From positions 1,366,001 through 1,430,000 of the forward strand of contig CM075996.1 of the NCBI GenBank assembly GCA_038087875.1: 64,000 bases of DNA, given 5' to 3'. Position numbers and translations under genes: made by a program. Below are positions 25,191-36,364 of this stretch, piece by piece (position 1 is the first letter of the stretch; each line of letters begins with the position of its first letter). Below the pieces are notes generated by a model. The model saw nothing but the letters and a program-made list of their open reading frames with translations. It had not been told where the DNA came from and ran no database searches. This stretch comes from Malacoraja senta. Its lineage: Eukaryota.

Positions 25191-25547
25191 GTGCGTTGTG
25201 CAGCTGTTTCAAAGATGGCTGTGTGCATGTTATGTGGTGTGATCATCCTGTTGATTTGCAGAGGTGGCTGGGCCGGGTATAAACCTCTGAGGAATTGTCG
25301 ACCCGGTTTGCCTGACCCCACCTCTTGCTGTGCCACCCATCATTACTGAGAGTGTTGTCTCCAGAGCCCCCTTGAAACAACCATTCTTCTTTCTCGATCC
25401 CCCTGTGCAATTTTACTAATACAGTCTTCAAACTCTCAGTCTGAAGAAGAGTCTCGGCCACAAAAACCTCACCCATTCCTTCTCTCCAGAGACGCTGCCT
25501 GTCCCGCTGAGTTACTCCAGCGGTTTGTGCCTACCTTCCTATACATA

Positions 25548-25843
25548 CGGCACGGGTGGTAGAGTTGCTGCCTCACAGCGCCAGGGACCCGGGTTCGATC
25601 CTGACTACGGATGCTGTCTGTACGGAGTTTGTACGTTCTCCCAGTGACCTGCGTGGGTTTTCTCCGGGTGCTCCGGTTTCCTCCCACACTCCAAAGACGT
25701 GCAGGTTTGTAGGTTAATTGGCTTGGTGTAAAAGTAAATTGTCCCTAGTGTGTGTTAATATGTGGGGGGTCGCTGGCCAGCACAGACTCGGTGGGCTGAA
25801 GGGCCTGTCGAGCACTGTATCTCTAAACTAAACTAATCTAAAC
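25548..25843 (+). mobile_element. HE1-type V-SINE
   Basis: B box gggttcgatcc, V-domain, (taaac)n tail. Confidence 0.85.
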
Positions 25844-26049
25844 TCCACGTGAGTGCCTGTTCGATTATAAGGGCCTTGATAGACTTTGTCCGGTCATGGC
25901 ACAGAGAGAAAGAAGCCATCGATCAATGATTTACCTGGTAGTTGATCCTTACTTTCTGTAATCCAGAGTTGCTGCAATCAGTTTTTGGGACCCTTCGCTT
26001 TTCCTGAAATGGCTGACTTGTGAAAGAGATCTGAAGGGACCTGTTTTTC

Positions 26050-26715
26050 TGTGGCGGCACAGTGGTAAAGCTGCTGTCTCACAGTGCCGGGGAATCGGGT
26101 TGAATCCTGAGCTCGGGGTGCTGTCTGTGTTGTCAGGACGACAGATGGCGCAATGGGCTAAGTGTTCGGCTGGCAACCGGAAGGTAGCCGGTTCGAATCC
26201 CGCTTGGAGTGCATACTGTCGTTGTGTCCTTGGGCAAGACACTTCACCCACCTTTGCCTGCGTGTGAATGTGTGTGTGAATGTGTGTGATTGGTGGTGGT
26301 CGGAGGGGCCGTAGGCGCAGATTAGCAGCCACGCTTCCGTCAGTCTGCCCCAGGGCAGCTGTGGCTACAGAAGTAGCTTACCACCACCGAGTGTGACTGA
26401 GGAGTGAATGAATAATGCGATGTAAAGCGCCTTGAGTATTAGAAAGGCGCTATATAAATCCAATCCATTATTATTATTATTATAGTTTGCACATTTTCCC
26501 TATGACCTTGTGGGTTTCCTCCAGGTTCTCTGGTTTCCTCATGCATTCCACAGACGTGCGCGTTTGTAGGTTAATTGTCTTCTGTAAAATTGCCCCCCTA
26601 GGTGTGGGTGAGTGGATGAGAAAGTGGGATAATATAGATTTCATGTGAATGGCAGATCAGTAGTCGGTGTGGACTCAGTGGGCCGATGGGCTTGTTTCCA
26701 TGCTGTATCTTCAAT
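26050..26715 (+). mobile_element. HE1-type V-SINE split by a nested SINE
   Basis: Head 26050-26130; body resumes at 26484 (agtttgcac...). Confidence 0.8.
26132..26483 (+). mobile_element. tRNA-derived AFC/CORE-like SINE with L2-type tail
   Basis: A box tggcgcaatgg (26146), B box ggttcgaatcc (26190-26200), CORE-like tgtgtccttgggcaagacacttcacc, tail tgtaaagcgccttgag...aggcgctatataaat plus (tta)n. Confidence 0.85.
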
Positions 26716-26956
26716 TCAATAAAGAGATTTTTTAGCTGTAATTTTGAATTGTACAGAACACTGGGCCATTGGGGAACTACAAAATAAATTTACTTTGCCA
26801 AATCTCCTGTTCGAAAAGACAAAGTGCTGCGAGGCTTGGAATCCCATGTCGTGGTAAGACTGGAATAGTGGAATAATAATTAAATGATACATCTTTAATG
26901 GAAGACCTCTAAAGAATGTGTTCTGATTTCCTTTCTTCTCCCCTTTCCTCTCCAAG

Positions 26957-27070
26957 TATTTCTTCAGACAAATTCATTAAGACTCCAACAGGCGATCTGT
27001 TCGTCAAGGCATCAGTGAGAAAGGGTCTTCTTCCAGAAATTCTGGAAAATCTTCTGACGGCCAGGAAAAA
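26957..27070 (+). CDS. POLD1: POLD1 coding exon (equiv. exon 16)
   Basis: aag|TATTTCT...AGGAAAAA|gtgagt; 114 bp; [37 protein letters not shown]. Confidence 0.95.
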
Positions 27071-27472
27071 GTGAGTACAGCTGACCTTGCACCGATCTTT
27101 CACCTCCCATCCCCTTCCACCTACATTCCTAAACATTTTGCACCTCTTCAATCCTCTAGCTTCACACTTTCCTATCTCTAATCCATTTGTCTCACACCTT
27201 GTGTGTGTTGATCCCTGGTCTTTGTTCAACCATCTACCCATCAAACCCCCTCTTGCCTGTGTTCACCTATGACCTAAAATGGACACAAAATGCTGTAGTA
27301 ACTCAGCAGGGCTGGCAGCGTCTCTGGAGAGAAGGAATGGGTGACGTTTCAGGTCGAGACCCTTCTTCAGACCAGTTCACCTATGACCTGCCATGTGTTG
27401 TCCTGCTCCTCCTTTCTTCTAGCTTTCATTCCCCCCCATCAAGGCAGTCAGTCAGAAGATGGGTCCCGACCT

Positions 27473-27998
27473 GAAACATCATTGATCCATGTTCCCCAAG
27501 GATACTGCCTGACCCCCTGAGTTACTCCAGCACTCTGTGAAACGTCACCTATCCATGTTCTCCACACATGCTGCCTGACCCCCTGAGTTACTCCAGCACT
27601 CTGTGAAACGTCACCTATCCATGTTCTCCTCAGATGCTGCCTGACCCGCTGAGTTACTCCAGCACTCTGAAACGCCACCTATCCATGTTCTCCAGAGATG
27701 CTGCCTGACCCGCTGAGTTATTCCAGCACTCTGTGAAACGTCACCTATCCATGTTCTCCACAGATGCTGCCTGACCCGCTGAGTTATTCCAGCACTCTGT
27801 GAAACGTCACCTATCCATGTTCTCCACAGATGCTGCCCGACCCGCTGAGTTACTCCAGCACTCTGTGAAACGTCACCTATCCATGTTCTCCACAGATGCT
27901 GCCTGACCCGCTGAGTTACTCCAGCACTCTGTGAAACGTCACCTATCCATGTTCTCCACAGATGCTGCCTGATCCGCTGAGTTACTCCAGCATTCTGT
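27473..27998 (+). repeat. About 8 x 66-bp tandem array
   Basis: Same unit as 4643-4970; preceded by a degenerate hammerhead-like core and a Penelope 3' region. Confidence 0.92.
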
Positions 27999-28807
27999 GT
28001 CTTTCCTGTTTGGAATGGTTGATGAAACAACTAAGATTCTTAGAGTTGTACAGCATGGAAACAGGCCCTTTGGCCCAACATGCCCATGCCGTCCAAGAAG
28101 CCCCATCTACACTAGTGCCACCTGCCCACGTTTGGCCCATATCCCCCTAAACCTTTCCTATCCATGTATCTGTCCAAATGCGTGGTAAATGTTGTTATAG
28201 TACCTACCTCAACTACCTGCTCTGGCAGATCACTGCATGGAAAAAGTTGCCTCTCAGGTTCCTATTAAATCTTTCCCATCTCAACAGTGTCCCCTTGTTC
28301 TTGGTTCCCCCTATTCTGGGTCAAATACTTCATTGTGGTTAGAACCATGCTTATTGAACCTGGCATGGAAAGGTAACCTGATAGGGGTGGCTACCCATCT
28401 TGAGTCAAGACTGAATATCATTTGGGTTTTATTGGTGTTTGAAGAAGAAGGAAATGAAACAAGTTGTGATTCTTGGTAGTGTTGGGGTGATTGTTTTGAC
28501 AAAAATAAAAGCTCTTTTCACTAATTATAAGCCACAAATGTTCTTGTCAGTGTTGGAAACATCTTCCTGTAAAGTCTCTCATTGTGAAATAATGACTCTC
28601 CCACACTCGGTTTGATCCTTTGATTTGTAGCTGGATCTTTGGCTGAAGTTACCAGTTTATGCTGAATATGTTGGAGACTTGTTGCGGGCGCACTTTACCT
28701 AATTCTCCTACTGAAGTGACATTTTCAATTTTCCGATCTGGGACCTGTTCAAGCAAGCCCATTGCAATAAGAAGAGCGCGTAGTACGCTTTTTGTAACGT
28801 AGTTCGA

Positions 28808-29127
28808 GGGCGTCACGGTGGTGCAGCGATAGAGTTGCTGCCTTACAGCACTTACAGCGCCGGAGACCCGGGTTCGATCCCGACTGCGGGCGCTGTCTGT
28901 GTGGAGTTTGTATGTTCTCCCCGTGACCTGGGTGGGTTTTCTCCCACACTCTTCGGTTTCCTCCCACACTCCAAAGATGTACAGGTTTGTAGGTTAATTG
29001 GCTTGGTATAAATGTAAAATTGTCCCTAGTGTGTGTAGGGTGGTGTCATGTGCGGGGATCGCTGGTCGGTGCGGACTCGGTGGGCCGAAGGGCCTGTTTC
29101 CACGCCATGTCTCTAAACTAAACTAAA
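28808..29127 (+). mobile_element. HE1-type V-SINE ending about 60 nt before the exon 17 acceptor
   Basis: Full head, V-domain and tail. Confidence 0.88.
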
Positions 29128-29186
29128 AAAAAACGGAAACTAAAGTTGTGTGCTTCTGTTTATCTTTTCACCTTCTCCTTTCCCAG

Positions 29187-29334
29187 GGCAAAGACAGAAC
29201 TAAAGAAAGAGACAGACCCATTCAAACAAAAGGTGCTGGATGGTCGACAACTAGCACTGAAAGTGAGTGCCAATTCAGTGTATGGTTTCACTGGAGCACA
29301 GGTTGGCAAGTTGCCTTGCCTGGAAATATCACAG
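29187..29334 (+). CDS. POLD1: POLD1 coding exon (equiv. exon 17), polymerase motif B
   Basis: cag|GGCAAAG...TCACAG|gtgagt; 148 bp; [49 protein letters not shown]. Confidence 0.97.
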
Positions 29335-29814
29335 GTGAGTTTTGGCATTCTCTTTCTCCTCCCCAACCCTGTCTCCATGACTTTGCAAAATAAGCTTTAT
29401 GGATGAATAGTTTTAACCTATAAATCATGTACAATGTTATTTATGAGTTTAGTTTATTGTCACGTGTACCGAGGTACAGTGAAAAGCTTGTGTTGCTTGC
29501 TAACCAGTCAGCAGAAAGACAATACATGATTACAATCCACCCATCCACAGTGTACAGATACATGATAAGGGGAATAATGTGAATTACGTTTAGTGCAAGG
29601 TAAAGTCTGATTAAAGATAGTCCACGGATCTCCAATGAGCTAGCTCGGGACTCCTCTCTAGTTGTTGGTAGGATGATTTTGTTGCCTGATTCAGCCGGGC
29701 AGATAAGCGGTTATATAGGTTGTGCGATTCAGAGAGGACTTGATCTTACTGTTTTAGTTGGAAAGTTGCAAGTTAATTGAGCTGCAAGAATTCGTAGGGC
29801 TTACTGAACACTTA

Positions 29815-30122
29815 TGGGCCTGTCCCACTATACGAGTTTACCCAAGAGCTCTCCCGAGTTTAAACAAAAATCAAACTCGTGGTAAGCATGTCAAATGTAC
29901 GTTGCGGGTACGTCGGAGCTCGAGGACGTCTCTTAGCGGCTCGTATCGCTAACGGCAGGTTCTCGGGAAACGCGGTAAGCTCGTGAAGATTTTTCAACAT
30001 GTTGAAAAATGTCCACGAGAGCCCCGAGTACCCACGAGCGGCCATTACCGTAAATCTCCGAGTTCGAATCAGGGGAAACTCGGGAGAACTCTTGAATTAG
30101 CTCGTACAGTGGGACAGTCCCA
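29815..30122. mobile_element. 308-bp PIF/Harbinger-type MITE
   Basis: 22-bp TIRs with 2 mismatches (tgggcctgtcccactatacgag / ctcgtacagtgggacagtccca); TTA TSD at 29812-29814 and 30123-30125. Confidence 0.88.
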
Positions 30123-30782
30123 TTAGTTCAATGTTAAACATTTTTGTAACTGACGTTAACACAAGTCTAGAGCAGGGCCAGTAAGCCAGGAGTGGATTTC
30201 TCTGGCAAGTTATGTCATTGAATTGACTTAATTTTGGCAAGTCACAGTCAACACAGGGAAGACTCATGGGTAGATGTCAAAGTGAAGATGGTTCCAAAAA
30301 TGCATTCTATAAAAGAGATTTTGTATCCATAACTCATCTTGCCAACAGTCTGGTTCCAGTGAAGAGCTGGCAGGCACACACCTCTAATTTATTATTTGGG
30401 TTGCCACCTCATAGAAAGGATGGGAGAAAGTTACAAATTAGACCTTTTTTTATGGCATTAGTACAGAATAACAGGTGCTCCCGCCCCAATGTCAATGCCG
30501 ACCACAGTGTCCCCGACTAATCTCTGCCTACATGTGATCCGTATTCTTCTCCATCCACGCCTCCTCCTCCTCCCCCATTTCAGAATGGTGAATGAAAAGA
30601 AGCTGATGATGCTTGATCACAATAGCCATGAAATGGAATGCATACTTCTCACACACACACACACTCCAGAGTGGCTTGTGATTCAGCTAGCATTTCATGT
30701 GACAAGTATTTCTTAATCAAAGGACTAGCCTCATAGAATAGGCTATAGAATAAATAGCATTAACTGGAATTTTAGATCAATT

Positions 30783-31046
30783 TTAGTTTTGGAGATACAG
30801 CGTGGAAACAGGCCCTTCGACGCACCGAGTCTGTGCCGACCGACAGAGACCCACCCGTACACTAGGTCTATCCAAGACCAGGGGCAATATGCAGAAGCCA
30901 GTTGACATACAAACCTGCACGCCTTTGGAGTGTGGGAGGAAACCAGAGCGCCCGGAGAAAACCCACACAGTGGCAGAGGGAATATGTAAACCTGGTTCTC
31001 TGGCTCTGTAATGCAGCAACTCTACCGTTGCGCTACCATGCCACCC
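30783..31046 (-). mobile_element. HE1-type V-SINE
   Basis: Reverse complement of consensus. Confidence 0.8.
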
Positions 31047-34000
31047 AATTATGGAAACATTTTCTCTAGTCTATCTTTTGACATGAATGATGTGCAACGT
31101 CAGGGAGCAACAGAAGAAAGAGAAATAAGCCTGGGAATGTAATATTTCGGTATTGTACATAATTGTGAAACAGAACTAAAATAATACAATGGTATTTCTC
31201 TTCCAGGAATGAGTAAAAACTAAAAGCACAAAAAGGGAAGCATTGACTTGTTGATATTTAATCGCGATGGGAACCATATTACACCATTGAAAGAACTACT
31301 TCTCACAAGAGAGAGATCATAGAATGCCAAGATTTTTTAAATGGCCATGACATATTAGTGTGTAGGAAGGAACTGCAGTTGCTGGTTTACACCGAAGATA
31401 GACACAAATGCTGAAGTAACTCAGCGGGACAGGCAGCATCTCTGGCTAGAAGGATTGGGTGACGTTTTGGGTCAAGACCGAGTTTGAAGAAGGGTCTCGA
31501 CCTGAAACATCACCCATTCCTTCTATCCAGATATGTTGCCCGTCCCACTGAGTTACTCCAGCATTTTGTGTCTATCAACGCCATAACATGCTATCTGTGT
31601 AATGGAAAGGATTGTTGTAGATGGTGCATGGGAAGAAAATCTCCAAGATAGATACAAAGTGCTGAGTAATTCAGCGGGATAGTCTGAAGAAGGGTCTTGA
31701 CCTGAAACGCCACTCATTCCTTCGATGCAGAGTTGCTGCCTGTCCCGCTGTGTTGATTTACTCCAGCATTTTGTGTCTATCTTCGGTGTAAACCAGCATC
31801 CGCAGTTCCTTCCTACACAAGAAAATCTCCAAGTTCTTGTGATGTGATTTAGAATGGAAATCACTTTCAAAATAGAATTGGATAATGACAGCAATAGACA
31901 ATAGGTGCAGGAGTAGGCCATTCGGCCCTTCAAGCCAGCACCGCCATTCAATGTGATCATGCAGCTAAATAGATCACTCTTACTATGCTGTGCAACATCT
32001 CGAGGGGCATGAATAAAGTGAATGTTCACAGTCTTTTCCCCCAGGGTAGAGGATTCTAAAACTAGAAGGCACACCTTCAAGGGGAGTGATATAAGAGGGA
32101 GCTTGTGGGCAACCTTTTTCTATCTATCTCTGGAATGAGCTGCCAGAGGAAGCTATAGATGTGGATTTAATTTTGAGTTTTAAAATAAACCTGGACGGAT
32201 GTGGAAGAGAGATACAGTCCAAATGCAGGCAAATGGGACTAGTCCAGTATGGACAAGATGGACCGGATGGTATATTTCCATGCTGTACAGCTGCACTGGT
32301 AGCCTTATTAACTACTATAAATCCAACCTTGTTGTGGGAAAGTGGTAAAATAATTAAGGGGGAGTTGAGAGAGACTTAAGTTGTAGTTCTCCGAGGAGTT
32401 AGGGGATGATTGGTATTGTTCTGTTTAGGAACTGACACTAAATTAATGGGCAAAATGGCTTCCTGCATTGTAATATGTAAGTGAAGTTTGCAGACAAACT
32501 ATCTTGGATCCCCTCTGGCCAAGTGCCTGTCTAACGCTCCTGTCTCCTGCAGCTACTAAGTCAAATGGGAGCCAACCCTAATGTTTCAGTGGGACATCCA
32601 TTTTTAAATGTAGCCAGGTCTTATTGAGCTTGTGTTAGTAACTAGAACGGAGCAGGAGGAAGCTCAGTATTATATACAGAAGCAAAAATAGTGGCACAAT
32701 TCTTTCCTCCAAGATTTAGCACCATTCTTGGCTCCTGAGGGTGGGCATATTTTATCCTGGTTATACCCCATGTCACAGCGCTCCAGGTATCAGCCTGGGT
32801 TTAGATTGCTATGTAGGGCAGAGTCCTGCAAATGGACAATAGGCAGTGTCATCAGAACATTGTAATTGTGCAAGACATCTTTTTTTTATAAGTATCTTAC
32901 TGCAAGATCCTGATAAATGGCAATCTGGTTCTGAGCTGCAAAATAAATTGATTTTCATCTTTGTGCAGATAACCATGACTGAAGCATAAATTATATTGTT
33001 TTCATTATATCCTTCATAATACCTGGAAATCTGGTGATTTTTTAACATACAAGCAGGTAAATAATGTACAGGAAGGCACCATGCCGTATATCTAAACTAA
33101 CGACCCAAGGTGAGAGCAGTAGGTAGGAAACACAAGCATGTTTACAGGGTATCCTCTTCAATGTGAGGTTAGCATAACTTAGCAAAATAAACCACAGGCA
33201 TGTGATAGGAGATTTTTGTCAATCTGTGGGCAAAGAACTGTTGAAACAGCGCAACGCTTAAACGTTACAACACAGAAATTTAACTCTTGAACGATGAGTC
33301 ATTGCCACGTTGATTGAAATGTAACACTTTGCTGCCATTTGTTCAGTCAACAACTTAACCTGATTGTACATTAAATTCTTGTGACAATTCTTTAAATTAT
33401 CGGGTTTTTTTCCCCCATCCCAAATTCCTTCTGGATGCCTGATCATAGGGAGGTTTTGTTCCAAATGTACAGGGTGTGTTGAACCCGCACCAGGAATACT
33501 GTCCCCTCACCTAAAAAAAAGATACGGTGGCATGGAAGCTTCACTAGGCTATCTCCTGGGATATCTCCTGGGATGAGAAGGCTGTCTTACCGAAATAAAA
33601 ATCCGATATTTTGGCCTGTATTCCTTGGAGTTTAGAAGAATGAAGGTGACCTAATTCAAACGTATCCTAAGGAGGCTTGATAGATAGATCAATATAGCTT
33701 GATAGCATAGATGTTGGGGTGTTTTCATGAGTGGGAGAGTCTCGGACAGGAGAACATAACGACATGGTAAAGGGCAGGACAGTTAAAACTGAGGTACGTG
33801 GAAATCTACAACAAGAAGTTGTTGAATCTCTGGAAGATCTCTTGGCTGGTGGAAGCAGGATCATTCGCAGTGTTTAAAATGTTTAGTTCAAAGAATAGTG
33901 AGAGAGGAATGAGAGAATAGATAAGGTGAATGAAGTATTTTACCCAGGATAGGGGAATGAAGATTAGGGTTAAGGTTTTAATAGGAAGCTGAGGGGCAAT

Positions 34001-35064
34001 ATTTTCACTCACAGGGTGGAGGGTGTACGGAACAAGCTATCAGGTGAGCTATTGAGCCAGCTATTTAGCAGCATTTAAAAGATACTTACATGGATAGGAC
34101 AGGTTTAGAGGGTCCGAAAGTGGACCAATTGGACTAGCTTAGATGGGGCATCTTGGACGGCATGGACCAGTTGGGCCAAAGGACCTGTTTCCATGCTGCT
34201 AGATTTTGAATGGCACAGCAGAGGAAATGAGACCAGCATAGATCAGCCTGCATCATATTGGATGGTGGGGCAGGCTCAAAGGCTTATTCCAGCTCCTATT
34301 TTCCTGTACTTTGTGATGGGTAGTTTGCTGCCTGGCCTTGCTAAATGTTACTATGGAACTGGCTATCAGATACTGTAAAGGAGCAGCATTGGAGGACATC
34401 CCTACATGTCAGGGGATATGGGGAGAAGGCAGGAACGGGGTACTGATTGGGGATGATCAGCCATGATCACATTGAATGGCGGTGCTGGCTCGAAGGGCCG
34501 AATGGCCTACTCCTGCACCTATTGTCTATTGTCTAAGCAACTTTGAGTAATGTTGCTCAGTTGTTCTTGTCAACATGTGTCTCCCAGATGATCGCAGTTC
34601 CTTGAATGATTCCAACGTTCACTCCTCGAGATGAGTTTTGTGCATCTTTGACTCAATCATTGTAAATGTTGAAGCTGCTTATTTTCAAGACTTCACCAAA
34701 TGTATTAAAGTATAAATTTGAATGATCAAGGGTCCGGTTCTAGTAGAGACAGAGAGATTATTTGTGATCAACAGGACAGAGGAGTTTATCAGAATTGCTG
34801 AATGTAATTTTGCGGAAAAGTTGTGTCTAAATTTTCGAGATAATGCTCGGTTGGTACAAAGTTCTACCTCAAATTTCAAAATGTTTTTGATAAGGTATCG
34901 TACAAACTACCATGGCAGATAAAATCTGTGGTATTGGTGGAATTGCTACAGCAGCTGCACAACTGGCTGCATTCTGATTGTGAAAAAAAACCAGAACATA
35001 TTGTTGAGGCTGCCCAACATGTCCGGCTACATCTGTGGAGGGTGAAGCAGAGCTCATGGTAGTC

Positions 35065-35500
35065 AAGTCATGTCAAGTCAAGAGAGTTTATTGTCATGTG
35101 TCCCAGATAGGACAATGATATTCTTGCTTGCTGCAGCATGACAGTATATAGTAAGCATAAATACAGAACAGTTCAGTGTGTCTATATATCATAAACAATA
35201 TATATACACATAAATAAACAGATAAAGTGCAATAGGCTGTTATAGTTCAGAGTTTGTTTGATGGTGAGTTTAATAGCCTGATGGCTGTGGGGAAGCAGCT
35301 GTTCCTGAACCTGGATGTACCAGATTTCAGGCTCCTGTACCTTCTACCTGATGGCAGCGGAGAGATGAGTGTGTGGCCAGGATGGTGTGGGTCCTTGATG
35401 ATGCTGCCAGCCTTTTTGAGGCAGCGACTGCGATAGATCCCTTCGATGGTAGGGAGGTCAGAGCCGATGATGGACTGGGCAGTGGTCACAACTTTCTGCA
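35065..35500 (-). mobile_element. Rex1/Babar-like LINE 3' fragment
   Basis: QKVVTTAQSIIGSDLPTIEGIYRSRCLKKAGSIIKDPHHPGH...PSGRRYRS; near-identical to 41575-41815. Confidence 0.85.
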
Positions 35501-36051
35501 TTCTGCAACAACGACCCTTCATCAGAACTGTAACAGTGAGAGAACACGTGTTTAATGTTGCGGAGAAGGGGGTGGCCGACAAGAATGTCTGTTATCTACT
35601 GCAACAAAGTCTGAAGAAGGGCCCTGACCCAAAATGTCCTCTGTCCATTCCACTACACAATGTTCCACCAGTTGCTCATGATTCTAGCATCTACAGTCTC
35701 AGTACGGGTGTCAGAGGCTGTGGGGAGAAGGCAGGGGAATGGGGTTAGGGGGGGAGAGATAGATCAGCCATGATTGAATGGCGGAGTAGACTTGATGGGC
35801 CAAATGACATCATTCTACTCCTATCCCTTATGACCTTATGAGGAGTCTCCAGTCTGAAGAAGGGTCCCATCCCAAAATGTCTCTGTCCATTTCCCTGCAC
35901 AGATGTTGCCTGACCCGCTGAGTTTCTCCAATACTTTTGGGGTTTTTTCCTCAAGATTCTAGCATCTGCAGCTTGTTGTGTTCAGCCAGGGTATCTTAGC
36001 TGACGGAACTGAGAGATACTGAACTGAACAGTAGCTGGATACCTGAAGTAA

Positions 36052-36364
36052 ACGGTGGCGCAGCGGTAGAGTTGCTGCCTTACAGCGAATGCAGCGCCGG
36101 AGACCCGGCTTCCATCCCGACTACGGGTGCTGTCTGTAGGGAGTTTGTACTTTCTTCCCGTGACCTGCGTGGGTTTTCTCTGAGATCTTCGGTTTCCTCC
36201 CACATTCCAAAGACGTGCCAGGTTTGTAGGTTAATTGGCTTGGTAAATGTAAAAATTGTCCCTAGTTGGTGAAGGATAGTGTTAATGTGCGGGGATCGCT
36301 GGTCGACGTGGGCCCGGTGGGCCGAAGGGCCTGTTTCCGCGCTGTATCTCTAAACTAAACTAAT
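36052..36364 (+). mobile_element. HE1-type V-SINE
   Basis: Full-length consensus match. Confidence 0.88.

Noticed and set aside
26135..26210. tRNA gene
   Set aside because: This is the tRNA-derived head of a SINE that continues into a CORE-like body and LINE tail. The same applies to the HE1 heads.
27473..27998. CRISPR-like appearance and 22-aa repeat ORFs of the 66-bp arrays
   Set aside because: Units are contiguous with no unique spacers, there are no cas genes, and the context is a vertebrate intron. The ORFs arise only because 66 is a multiple of 3.
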